A program made the position numbers and the translations under genes. Shown piece after piece: positions 1 through 8,627 of a stretch of DNA of 64,000 nucleotides. The stretch spans positions 1 to 64,000 of the forward strand of contig CAYMEV010000020.1 of NCBI GenBank assembly GCA_964389675.1. Direction: 5' to 3'. The notes beneath the pieces were generated by a model. It saw only the letters and a list, made by a program, of their open reading frames with translations. It was not told the DNA's origin and ran no database searches. The stretch comes from an uncultured Candidatus Sumerlaeota bacterium (GTDB taxonomy: Bacteria; CAYMEV01). Every line of letters begins with the position of its first letter. Positions within the stretch are counted from its first letter, which is position 1.

Positions 1-2
1 AT

Positions 3-83
3 TACTTCTATTTGCTTGAGTGCATCTCTACATCAGGAATAATCACAGATGAATATAAGGCCAGGCTGAAATGGGTGTTTTAG
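3..83 (+). CDS. Possible 3' end of a gene entering the window (YFYLLECISTSGIITDEYKARLKWVF*)
   Basis: Frame 3 is open from the window edge to TAG at 81-83 and converges on the next gene; too short to identify. Confidence 0.3.
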   Translation, partial: YFYLLECISTSGIITDEYKARLKWVF

Positions 84-175
84 TGTAATAAGATCAAAAA
101 AAGCTGGCGGAAAGATATGCTATTAGGCATTAAAGCTGTCAAGACTGTTATAAAACCTGTTTATGATTCATCGTT

Positions 176-685
176 TTATTCTGCCTGGTTTCCAGTATTG
201 CCTGAATTCTTCAGGATAAACAGCTCAACAGCAAGAGCTATTCTTGATTCTATGAATCTCTTGTCAATGGTCTTTAATGCCTCATAGAAAAGGTCGTTTG
301 CATGATTCAGATCATTGAGCGCAAGGTAGTTTATTGCCTGAATATAGAGGATTTCCTCATTAAATATTGTAAGCTTTCTTGATGACTCAAGGAGCTGGAC
401 AGAATCCTGATATTTCTTCTGCAGCTGGAGAATCTTTGCTTTCTGCACTATCATTGCAGGGTTTTGCGGGTCCTTCTCGATAGCCTTATCTATTGCTTTT
501 AAGGATTCTTCATCCTGATTTTTAAACATATGGACCAAAGACAATGCATAAAGAAAGTGCTCATCAAGTTTTTCTTCCTCTATTTCTTCAATTAGAGAGA
601 GAGCCTTATCAAATTCCCTGGATTTTATATTCCGGTAGATATTTTTTAGCCTTATCCTTTTTTTTATATTTTCAATTATTGCCAT
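176..685 (-). CDS. Tetratricopeptide repeat protein
   Basis: Helical repeats with TPR spacing (ESLKAIDKAIEKDPQNP, YIQAINYLAL); last of three co-oriented genes. Confidence 0.7.
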   Translation of the reverse strand: MAIIENIKKRIRLKNIYRNIKSREFDKALSLIEEIEEEKLDEHFLYALSLVHMFKNQDEESLKAIDKAIEKDPQNPAMIVQKAKILQLQKKYQDSVQLLESSRKLTIFNEEILYIQAINYLALNDLNHANDLFYEALKTIDKRFIESRIALAVELFILKNSGNTGNQAE

Positions 686-694
686 AAATCCCTC

Positions 695-1351
695 TTATAT
701 TATAGTACCATGTATATATTTTCTTTTATGCCAGTTTTCCAGTATTATCTGGACAGCTTCATCTATGTCGTCTGTTAGCGAAAAGAGGTCTAAATCGTCC
801 TGATTGATCGCACTGTTTTTCAATAGTGTATTTTTGATCCAGTCAAACAGGCCATTCCAGTATTCAGAACCGAAACATATTACGGGAAATCTGAGTGTCC
901 TCTCTGTCTGCATCAGTGTTAGTGCTTCAAAAAATTCATCCAGAGTGCCGAATCCGCCTGGAAAGACGATAAAGCCGCTTGCATATTTAACAAACATTAC
1001 CTTGCGGGCAAAGAAGTACTTGAATTCCAGCTTTATATTCTGAAAATCATTAGGATGCTGTTCTGCCGGGAGTTTGATATTAAGGCCTATTGATTTGCTT
1101 TTTCCGGCTTTTGCGCCTCTATTGGCATATTCCATTATACCCGGCCCTCCGCCTGTAATAATGTTGAAACCCAGATCGGACAGGTTTTTGGCTACTATCT
1201 CAGCCTTTTCATAATATGCTGGATCATAACCCATTCTTGCTGAACCAAAGATAGATACAGATGGCCTGATATCCTTTAATTCTTCAAAGCCTTCTACAAA
1301 TTCAGCCATGATCTTAAAAACCCGCCAGGTTTCGTCCATAAAATCTTCCAT
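695..1351 (-). CDS. LOG family (TIGR00730) nucleotide monophosphate phosphoribohydrolase
   Basis: VSIFGSAR, ITGGGPGIM, RKVMFVKY and PGGFGTLDE motifs; AGGAG SD before ATG at 1351. Confidence 0.92.
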   Translation of the reverse strand: MEDFMDETWRVFKIMAEFVEGFEELKDIRPSVSIFGSARMGYDPAYYEKAEIVAKNLSDLGFNIITGGGPGIMEYANRGAKAGKSKSIGLNIKLPAEQHPNDFQNIKLEFKYFFARKVMFVKYASGFIVFPGGFGTLDEFFEALTLMQTERTLRFPVICFGSEYWNGLFDWIKNTLLKNSAINQDDLDLFSLTDDIDEAVQIILENWHKRKYIHGTII

Positions 1352-1375
1352 TTTCAAACTCCTAATTGATTAGTA

Positions 1376-2278
1376 CTAATACTGAAATGATAATGCCCCT
1401 CTGAAATATAATACAAAGACCACAACAATAAACCATATTATAAGATTAATTATCATAGGAATATCACTTAAGATTACCTTCTCAGGACTGCTTCCCTTTT
1501 TCAGAATGTATACGACATAGAGATACCTGAATATTCCGAATAATACCATGGGTATCGTGAACAGCAGGTTGCTCGTATTGAATTTTTCCACTACATCAGA
1601 GCTGATGGTATAGAGTATGTAGGCCATAAGGGTGGAGGCGGTAACGACAGAGATCATCTGATCGATAAAATCTACACTGTAGAATTCCAGTACCCTTCTT
1701 GTTTTGCCTGTGCCATTGCATTTAGTGGTGATATATTCATGCCTCCTTTTGCAAAGGGCCAAAAAGAGTGAAAGCAGAAGGGTGCATATCAGAAGCCAAT
1801 GCGAAATGCCGATTTCAATGACAAAAGATCCGGCAATAGCCCGCAGGACGAAACCAAATGAAATCAGCATTACATCCAGAATAACAATGTTTTTCCCGAA
1901 GAATGAATAAAAAAGCTGCATAACAAAATAGACGATCTGTATTATTCCATATCTCTCATTTATAAGAAAGCCCGCAGATATAGATACTGGAAGCAGCAAA
2001 ATGACCGCAGTGAGTGCATATGATTTTTTAAGGCATTGTGATGCTATGGGCCTGTTCTTTTTTTCCGGATGATTTCGATCCTTGTTGTAATCTACCAGGT
2101 CATTTATAATATAGACACATCCTGAGAGCAGAGAGAATAGGAAAAACCCCATCATAGTCAGTTTAAGATAATCAAGGTGGAAGAGGTTAAGCGAAAAGAT
2201 GAGGCCGGCAAACAGAAACAGGTTCTTAAACCACTGTTTTGGCCTCATTGAAATTAAAATGTAAATTAAAACTTTCAT
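1376..2278 (-). CDS. Decaprenyl-phosphate phosphoribosyltransferase-like (UbiA prenyltransferase family)
   Basis: MRPKQWFKN, YIINDLVD..DRNHPEKKNRPIAS, KRRHE and FGIFRY motifs; multi-pass membrane protein. Confidence 0.88.
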   Translation of the reverse strand: MKVLIYILISMRPKQWFKNLFLFAGLIFSLNLFHLDYLKLTMMGFFLFSLLSGCVYIINDLVDYNKDRNHPEKKNRPIASQCLKKSYALTAVILLLPVSISAGFLINERYGIIQIVYFVMQLFYSFFGKNIVILDVMLISFGFVLRAIAGSFVIEIGISHWLLICTLLLSLFLALCKRRHEYITTKCNGTGKTRRVLEFYSVDFIDQMISVVTASTLMAYILYTISSDVVEKFNTSNLLFTIPMVLFGIFRYLYVVYILKKGSSPEKVILSDIPMIINLIIWFIVVVFVLYFRGALSFQY

Positions 2279-2423
2279 ATCTGTTTATGGAAAATATTTA
2301 TATTGAAATATATGTATTAATCGTGTATGTCAATTAAATAATTATTTTAGCCCGGACCTTGAAAGAACATAAAACCACTGGATGCTTTATCCTTTGAAAG
2401 GGATAATGCATGAAATATGAAAA

Positions 2424-3836
2424 ATGGAAAAGAAGATTCAGTCATACAACACAGAAATGATTCTGAACGGCCCCATACTCAAGACAATGGTTAAACTCTC
2501 GATTCCCATGACCATAGCATATGGCTCACAAACCCTCTTTAATTTTGTTGACCGGTTTTTTGTAGCTAAATTGGGTCATATTGAAGTGGGAGCCATAGGC
2601 ATGAGCTTTGCCGTAATAGGGATTATAGTATCATTTGCTGTAGGGGTTGGCATTGGTTCAACCTCCATTATTTCAAGGCTGATAGGGGCAGATGAGATTG
2701 CAGATGTTAAAAAATCAGTTGTCCATTCTCTTTATCTGGCCCTGTTTCTTTCCGGAATCCTTTTACTTATTGGAGAGAAAGGGCTTCTTTTTATCTTTAA
2801 TGTTCTGGGGACATCACAGGAGATGATGCCGCTTACCATCAGCTATACGCTGATAAATCTGAACGGCAGTATTTTTATCTTTGGATCCATGATAGGAAGC
2901 AATATACTCAGGGGCGAGGGCGATATGATATCTCCCATGAAAGCCATGCTTATAGGAAATGGAATAAATATCATTCTTGATCCGGTACTTATTTTCGGAT
3001 ATGGCCCTGTAAAAGCATATGGAATAGACGGGGCAGCTTTTGCCACTGTTTTTGCAAGGGCTATTTCATTTTTGATAGTAATTTACTGTATTTTCAGGAA
3101 AGACAGGTTGATCAGGCCTGTTCTAAGCTCACTGAAATTTAATCTTGCTATAATTAAAGGGATACTCGAGGTAGGTTTTCCAAAAATTATAGGTATGCTG
3201 GTTGAGAATGCAAGTTTTGCCTTTATATTGTTTTTGATGACACCGCTGGGGGATGCTGCAATATCTGCACATACAATTGCTATGACATATTTTCAGATCC
3301 TGTTTTTGTCAATTGTGGGTTTTTCAGGGGCTGCAGTCCCGATGATAGGTCAGAACTACGGTGCGGGCAATAGAAGCAGGATGAACAGGATAATAAGGAA
3401 TGCTGCTTATTTATATACCGGAATATGCGTATTTTTTAGTTCAATTTTCTATATATTCAGTGAACAGTTCATATTATTATTTTCAGATGAACCAGCTGTT
3501 CTGAAGATAGGGAGGGTAATCTTCCGCATACTTGCTGCAGGAAGCCTCATGTTAGGCATAAGGCTTCTTGTTGTTGCCACACTGAGTGCTCTTGGATTAG
3601 GCGACAAGGTTTTTATCTTTCATGTGTTCCATGCCCTGTTTCTGTTAATTCCGCTCACATATTTGCTCAGGAACAGCTTTGGCGGATATGGATTATGGGT
3701 AGGGCAGATGACAGCGGCTTTGGTGGCTGCTTCTGCAGGTTTTCTCTGGATGATATACCTTGTAAGGAATATTAAGGATTTTATCCCTATTTCAAAGAGA
3801 AAAAAGCCTGTATTTGACCAGGTTATAGCAAATTAA
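2424..3836 (+). CDS. MATE family efflux transporter
   Basis: GPI..LSIP, FNFVDRFFV, NIILDPVLIFG..GIDGAAFAT and GQNYGAG motifs; true start may be ATG 2457. Confidence 0.9.
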   Translation: MEKKIQSYNTEMILNGPILKTMVKLSIPMTIAYGSQTLFNFVDRFFVAKLGHIEVGAIGMSFAVIGIIVSFAVGVGIGSTSIISRLIGADEIADVKKSVVHSLYLALFLSGILLLIGEKGLLFIFNVLGTSQEMMPLTISYTLINLNGSIFIFGSMIGSNILRGEGDMISPMKAMLIGNGINIILDPVLIFGYGPVKAYGIDGAAFATVFARAISFLIVIYCIFRKDRLIRPVLSSLKFNLAIIKGILEVGFPKIIGMLVENASFAFILFLMTPLGDAAISAHTIAMTYFQILFLSIVGFSGAAVPMIGQNYGAGNRSRMNRIIRNAAYLYTGICVFFSSIFYIFSEQFILLFSDEPAVLKIGRVIFRILAAGSLMLGIRLLVVATLSALGLGDKVFIFHVFHALFLLIPLTYLLRNSFGGYGLWVGQMTAALVAASAGFLWMIYLVRNIKDFIPISKRKKPVFDQVIAN

Positions 3837-3850
3837 TCAGGAGGATTTTT

Positions 3851-4693
3851 ATGAACAGGAGAAGTTTCATCAGGTTATTATCTTTAGGAGGTATTATACT
3901 TTCCAGGCCTTTCAGCATGCTTGCAGGTGTATGGGAGAAGGGAGAGAAAAATTATTGGGATAATGGCATTTTCATACAGAGATCAATTGATCCGGCAAAT
4001 ATTGAGAGGGGTATTATCCGTGCCAGAATTGAGGGATCATGGAAAGAATACAGCATTAAAAGGCTTCCGGATGAATTTATTGAATGGAATATTGATTCAA
4101 GGCTTAAATCACTGAAAGATATGAGAAATGGAACAGGCGGCTTTTCTCTTTCGGGTCCCCACAGCGGCATGGTCGCGACCTGTGGCTCAAAAAGAAAGGA
4201 TTCGGTTTTTACCCTGAACAATGCAGTAAAGGGAATAGGGCTTGCTCCTTCCAGCGACAGGATATCAGTCCTGATTGAATATATGGAAAAGCACAGGAAT
4301 GATGATATGAAAAGCAAATTGGAATGGCTGATAGCCCTCTATGAAGATGCCAGCAACTTTAATCTTCAGCTTCAGACCTCACTTGAATTATATACACAGA
4401 AGGATTTTGAAACACATACATTTCTTAATATAATGGAAAATCCGGTTGCTACTGTTGTTTTCCTTGACAGGCAATCATTTGAGGTAAGGACAATTGCAAG
4501 AATAATACATAATAAGGATGATAGCGTTTCTGAATATGATAAAAATCTGCTCAGATATGTTAATATGATCCACAGCTTTTTTCATGGTGAATTCAGCATT
4601 GATTTTCCTCTGATAATCTTTTATACTGTTGAGGTGTTTGACAATTCACCAGGAAACATGAAGGGAATAAGGATACTTCCATCACTTGTATAG
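3851..4693 (+). CDS. Tat-signal protein, possible FMN-binding split-barrel (pyridoxamine 5'-phosphate oxidase-like)
   Basis: N-terminal MNRRSFI twin-arginine motif; GGAGG SD; THTFLNIMENPVATVVF resembles the PNPOx-like T..N...NP motif. Confidence 0.55.
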   Translation: MNRRSFIRLLSLGGIILSRPFSMLAGVWEKGEKNYWDNGIFIQRSIDPANIERGIIRARIEGSWKEYSIKRLPDEFIEWNIDSRLKSLKDMRNGTGGFSLSGPHSGMVATCGSKRKDSVFTLNNAVKGIGLAPSSDRISVLIEYMEKHRNDDMKSKLEWLIALYEDASNFNLQLQTSLELYTQKDFETHTFLNIMENPVATVVFLDRQSFEVRTIARIIHNKDDSVSEYDKNLLRYVNMIHSFFHGEFSIDFPLIIFYTVEVFDNSPGNMKGIRILPSLV

Positions 4694-4746
4694 CTCATGA
4701 ATATGCAGGCATAAATATCTCATTTTAACAGGAGGTTTGATTTTAA

Positions 4747-6528
4747 GTGTCAAAATATCGAGATTGTGAAATAATTGAATTATCAGCTGAAAAGAAGGAT
4801 AGGAGGATTGATATATCCGGGTGGGTCCATAGAATCCGCGACCATAAGGAAAGAATGTTCCTTAATATCAGGGACAGGGATTGTTTTGTACAGGCATTCT
4901 GCGAGAAGAATGAAGAAAATATTGCCATTATAGAGGCAATAAAGGGATTGAAACCTGAATATGTTATAAAAATTTCCGGCATTTTAAGACTGAGGCCTGA
5001 AGACCAGGTGAACGCATCACAGGTAAAGGGAGATATAGAGATTGAGATTAATAGCATTGTAATACTGAGTACATGTGATGCCCTTCCTTTTGAGGTCAAT
5101 ACTGAGGAACCTGTGTCTGAACACCTTTCATTAAAATACAGATACCTCGACTTAAGAAGAGAGCATGTCCTGGCAAACCTTAAACTAAGGCATGATGTTG
5201 TTCTTCTTGTAAGGAATTTTCTCAGTGCGAAAGGATTTCTGGAAATAGAAACTCCTCTGCTTACAAGGTCAAGCCCTGAAGGTGCAAGGGATTTCATAGT
5301 CCCTTCAAGGCGGTTTAAGGGGTCCTTTTACGCGCTTCCCCAATCCCCTCAGCAGTATAAGGAAATATTAATGATAGGGGGGATCGATAAATATTTTCAG
5401 ATAGCAAGGTGCCTGAGGGATGAAGATGCAAGAGCAGACCGTCAGATAGAACATACTCAGATAGACATGGAAATGAGCTTTGTAGATGTAGAAGATATAT
5501 TATGCCTGCTGGAGGAAATGTTTTTGAAGATTACTTATGAGTGTACAAATAAAAAAGTATTGGACAAGCCTTTCAAAAGAATTCCTTATGATACAGCCAT
5601 GGAAAAGTACGGTTCGGATAAGCCGGATATACGTTTTTCAATGGAATTAAAAGAATTGACAAAAAATTTTGCTGAATTTGAGATACCCTTTCTGGAAAAT
5701 AGATATTTAGACAGTGATTTTTGCATTAAGGGTATTATTGTACCAGGCCTTTCAAACGCATCGAGAAAGGAGCTTGACAACTATAAGAATTTCCTGGGAA
5801 AATATAAATCAGATGGCATGATACATATATCATATAAGGAGGAAAGCATAAAATCCAGCATTGATAAGTTCTGTACACAGGATCAGATTTCTGAAATAGT
5901 CAAAAAGCATGATATGTCAAAGGGCGATCTCTTCATTATTTCTTTCGGGAGGAGGAAGCATGTGAACATTGGCCTCGGACATCTGAGAAAAAAGCTGGGT
6001 GATGAACTCGGGATGTACGATCCTGATATTCTGGGTTTTGCTTTTATAGTTGATTTTCCTCTCTTTGAACTTGATGATGAGGGGAAACTGCAGCCTGTTC
6101 ACCATATGTTCGTGCTTCCCAGGGAAGAAGACACCCATATGCTGGATTCTGACCCGCTGAGTGTCAGAGGAACTCAATATGACATTGTTTGCAATGGTTA
6201 TGAACTGTGCAGCGGGAGCCTAAGGATACATGAAGAATCGCTGCAGAGGAGGATTATGGAGATAATCGGCTTGTCAAGGCCTGATCAGGATGTGAAATTC
6301 AACAGCCTGCTTACAGCTTTGAGATTCGGGGCACCACCTCATGGAGGTGCGGCACCAGGATTGGACAGGCTTATAATGGTTCTTGCTGGGACTGAAAAGA
6401 TGCGTGATGTTCTTGCATTCCCGAAAACGACAGAGGGAAAGGATCTTTTGATGGATGCCCCATCTCCTGTAGACAAAAAACAGCTTGAAGAATTAAGAAT
6501 TGAAGTAAAAAATGAGGAAAAGGAATAA
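4747..6528 (+). CDS. aspS: Aspartate--tRNA ligase
   Basis: GWVHRIRDH, YRYLDLRR, PEGARDF, ALPQSPQ, RDED.RADRQ.E and GAPPHGG motifs; GTG start with AGGAGG SD. Confidence 0.97.
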   Translation: MSKYRDCEIIELSAEKKDRRIDISGWVHRIRDHKERMFLNIRDRDCFVQAFCEKNEENIAIIEAIKGLKPEYVIKISGILRLRPEDQVNASQVKGDIEIEINSIVILSTCDALPFEVNTEEPVSEHLSLKYRYLDLRREHVLANLKLRHDVVLLVRNFLSAKGFLEIETPLLTRSSPEGARDFIVPSRRFKGSFYALPQSPQQYKEILMIGGIDKYFQIARCLRDEDARADRQIEHTQIDMEMSFVDVEDILCLLEEMFLKITYECTNKKVLDKPFKRIPYDTAMEKYGSDKPDIRFSMELKELTKNFAEFEIPFLENRYLDSDFCIKGIIVPGLSNASRKELDNYKNFLGKYKSDGMIHISYKEESIKSSIDKFCTQDQISEIVKKHDMSKGDLFIISFGRRKHVNIGLGHLRKKLGDELGMYDPDILGFAFIVDFPLFELDDEGKLQPVHHMFVLPREEDTHMLDSDPLSVRGTQYDIVCNGYELCSGSLRIHEESLQRRIMEIIGLSRPDQDVKFNSLLTALRFGAPPHGGAAPGLDRLIMVLAGTEKMRDVLAFPKTTEGKDLLMDAPSPVDKKQLEELRIEVKNEEKE

Positions 6529-7129
6529 TATTAAATTCATATTTCTTGATATTGGCAATGTTCTTTTTTATTTTGATTTTAGAATTGCCCTGCGCAGATT
6601 ATCATCCTGTTCAGGCAAAGACCCTGAGCTTATATATGACAGTATGTATGTTCCGACTGAAAGGCTTGAAAGGGGGCTTATAAACAGTTATGAATATTTT
6701 GATATCTTTGTTTCAATTTTTGGCAATTTAATAGAATTCAAGGATTTTAAGAATATTTTTAATGATATATTTGCCCCGAACTGCCAGATGCTTGAAAAAC
6801 TTGCATTATTAAAGGAATACTATACATTGGCAATAGTCTCTAATACCAATGAAATGCATATTGAATACCTTAAGGGGATATATCAGGGCTATTTTGATCA
6901 TTTCAGCACGGCGGTATATTCTCATGAAATAGGATTTAAAAAGCCTGAAGAAGGCTTTTTTATGACAGCACTGAGGATGTCAGGTGCTGATGCTTCGGAG
7001 GTGATATATTTTGATGATATTGCTGAGAATGCTCAGAAAGCAAGATCTTTGGGGATCAGGTCTGTAGTATATAAAGAATATAAGGATTTTGAGGATGAAT
7101 TCAATACAATACTGGATGGAAAGAAATGA
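6512..7129 (+). CDS. HAD family phosphatase (YihX-like)
   Basis: FLDIGNVL (motif I), SNTN, KKPE and FDD..EN; overlaps the aspS stop. Confidence 0.88.
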   Translation: MRKRNNIKFIFLDIGNVLFYFDFRIALRRLSSCSGKDPELIYDSMYVPTERLERGLINSYEYFDIFVSIFGNLIEFKDFKNIFNDIFAPNCQMLEKLALLKEYYTLAIVSNTNEMHIEYLKGIYQGYFDHFSTAVYSHEIGFKKPEEGFFMTALRMSGADASEVIYFDDIAENAQKARSLGIRSVVYKEYKDFEDEFNTILDGKK

Positions 7130-8613
7130 ATGATATAATAATAAGCCGGATAAATATGAAAGAAACTGTAAGTTTTGCACTGCAGACAATGAAGAATATG
7201 AAGAAAAACCATGAAAAAGGCCTTTCATACAGGATATACCCTGATTATCTCGAATTCAGGGGGGGCAAAATAATTCTCGATAAGTCAAAGATTATTGAAG
7301 GGGTTTATAATGAGGATGACCTGCTTTCTTTTGCTAATTGCATGTTTTATCTGATATCAGGGAAAACACTTATATTTGCTGATCTTCTTGATCCTGTCAG
7401 AATACAGGAAGAACCTGGTATCCCGGTCAGATTCCGGAGACTTCTGCTGAAGATAATCTCAAAAAGAATGTCAAGTGACCTTGTTATAAGAGAACTGCAT
7501 GCAATAAGAAAAGAGATAAGCAAAAGCACCTGTATTGCATGTTTCAGGCTGAATGAGCAAAGAAACCAGCATCATAAGGGAAACATGCCTGAAACGAAAG
7601 ATGAGTCAAAACAAAAGAAAAAGATAGGACTGAAGCTAAAGCTAAAACCCTTATGGTCATTTTCTGCAGGAAGCAGGATTATATCATCGCCTGTGGTCTA
7701 TAAGGGCAGCGTTTTCTGTGCCTCCTCCAATAAAAAGCTTTTTATAATCGATAAACACACAGGAGAAATGCTTTCGGAGTTAAATCTGAATTCATCTGTA
7801 GAGAGTACTCCTGCAATATACGACAATAAGCTGTATCTGGGTGACGATGAAGGGAATTTATACCTTATTGATGTCATAACCGGTCAGATCAGGATAACAA
7901 AAAACCTTGACAACAGCCTTATTAGATCATCTCCGCTCATAACCGATGATGGTGTTTTCATAGGGACATATAATGGAAACCTCTTTGCCTTATCCAGGGA
8001 CGAGCTGGAAATAAAATGGAGCAGGAAGGATCAAGGATGGATTTATTCTTCATGTGCCTGTATCAAAGGGAAGAAATACATTATTGCGGTCTGGGATAAA
8101 GGGAAAATAGGCGTGTATAAAAGCAGGGACGGAACTGCAGTATGGGAAGATACAGTAAATGATACCATCAGGTCTACCCCTGTGGTATACGATAACAGAA
8201 TATATCTGAGCAGTTTTCAGGGCTTTCTGTATATTTTTGATACTGCAGGTTTCAATCTGCTAAAAAAATTAGATATAAAAGGCAAGCTGTTTTCAACACC
8301 TGTCCTGAAGGAAAACCTGATAATCCTTGCATCTATGCAGAGAGAGATTAAATGTATTGACGTCTCGGCGAAAATCAGCAAACAAGTCAGGTGGGTTGTC
8401 GATACTAAGAGCCCGGTAGTAAGTTCGCCAGTCATATTCGGGGATTTTGTCATTGCATCAGATGAAGGAGGAATTATGTATATTATGGATTTGTCGAGCG
8501 GCAGTATTATATCCCGTTATAGCCTGGAGAGTTTCTGCAGGGCAACCCCCACAATTGACGGAGGGATACTCTATACTGCATCAGCAGGCAAAATAGAAGC
8601 ATTTAAGCTTTAA
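7126..8613 (+). CDS. PQQ-like beta-propeller repeat protein with a degenerate kinase-like N-terminal domain
   Basis: Repeats SSPVV/STPAI/SSPLI/STPVV/STPVL/SSPVI/ATPTI with W-x-F/W docking motifs; N-terminus resembles a kinase C-lobe (DDLLSFANCMFYLISGK); ATGA overlap with the HAD gene. Confidence 0.8.
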   Translation: MNDIIISRINMKETVSFALQTMKNMKKNHEKGLSYRIYPDYLEFRGGKIILDKSKIIEGVYNEDDLLSFANCMFYLISGKTLIFADLLDPVRIQEEPGIPVRFRRLLLKIISKRMSSDLVIRELHAIRKEISKSTCIACFRLNEQRNQHHKGNMPETKDESKQKKKIGLKLKLKPLWSFSAGSRIISSPVVYKGSVFCASSNKKLFIIDKHTGEMLSELNLNSSVESTPAIYDNKLYLGDDEGNLYLIDVITGQIRITKNLDNSLIRSSPLITDDGVFIGTYNGNLFALSRDELEIKWSRKDQGWIYSSCACIKGKKYIIAVWDKGKIGVYKSRDGTAVWEDTVNDTIRSTPVVYDNRIYLSSFQGFLYIFDTAGFNLLKKLDIKGKLFSTPVLKENLIILASMQREIKCIDVSAKISKQVRWVVDTKSPVVSSPVIFGDFVIASDEGGIMYIMDLSSGSIISRYSLESFCRATPTIDGGILYTASAGKIEAFKL

Positions 8614-8627
8614 GGGGGCATTATTAT

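Noticed and set aside
4743..5297. Antisense and alternate-frame ORFs (e.g. 4743-5297, 10637-11140, 20713-21192, 27365-27940, 40929-41486, 43858-44379)
   Set aside because: They shadow well-supported genes and have no recognisable motifs
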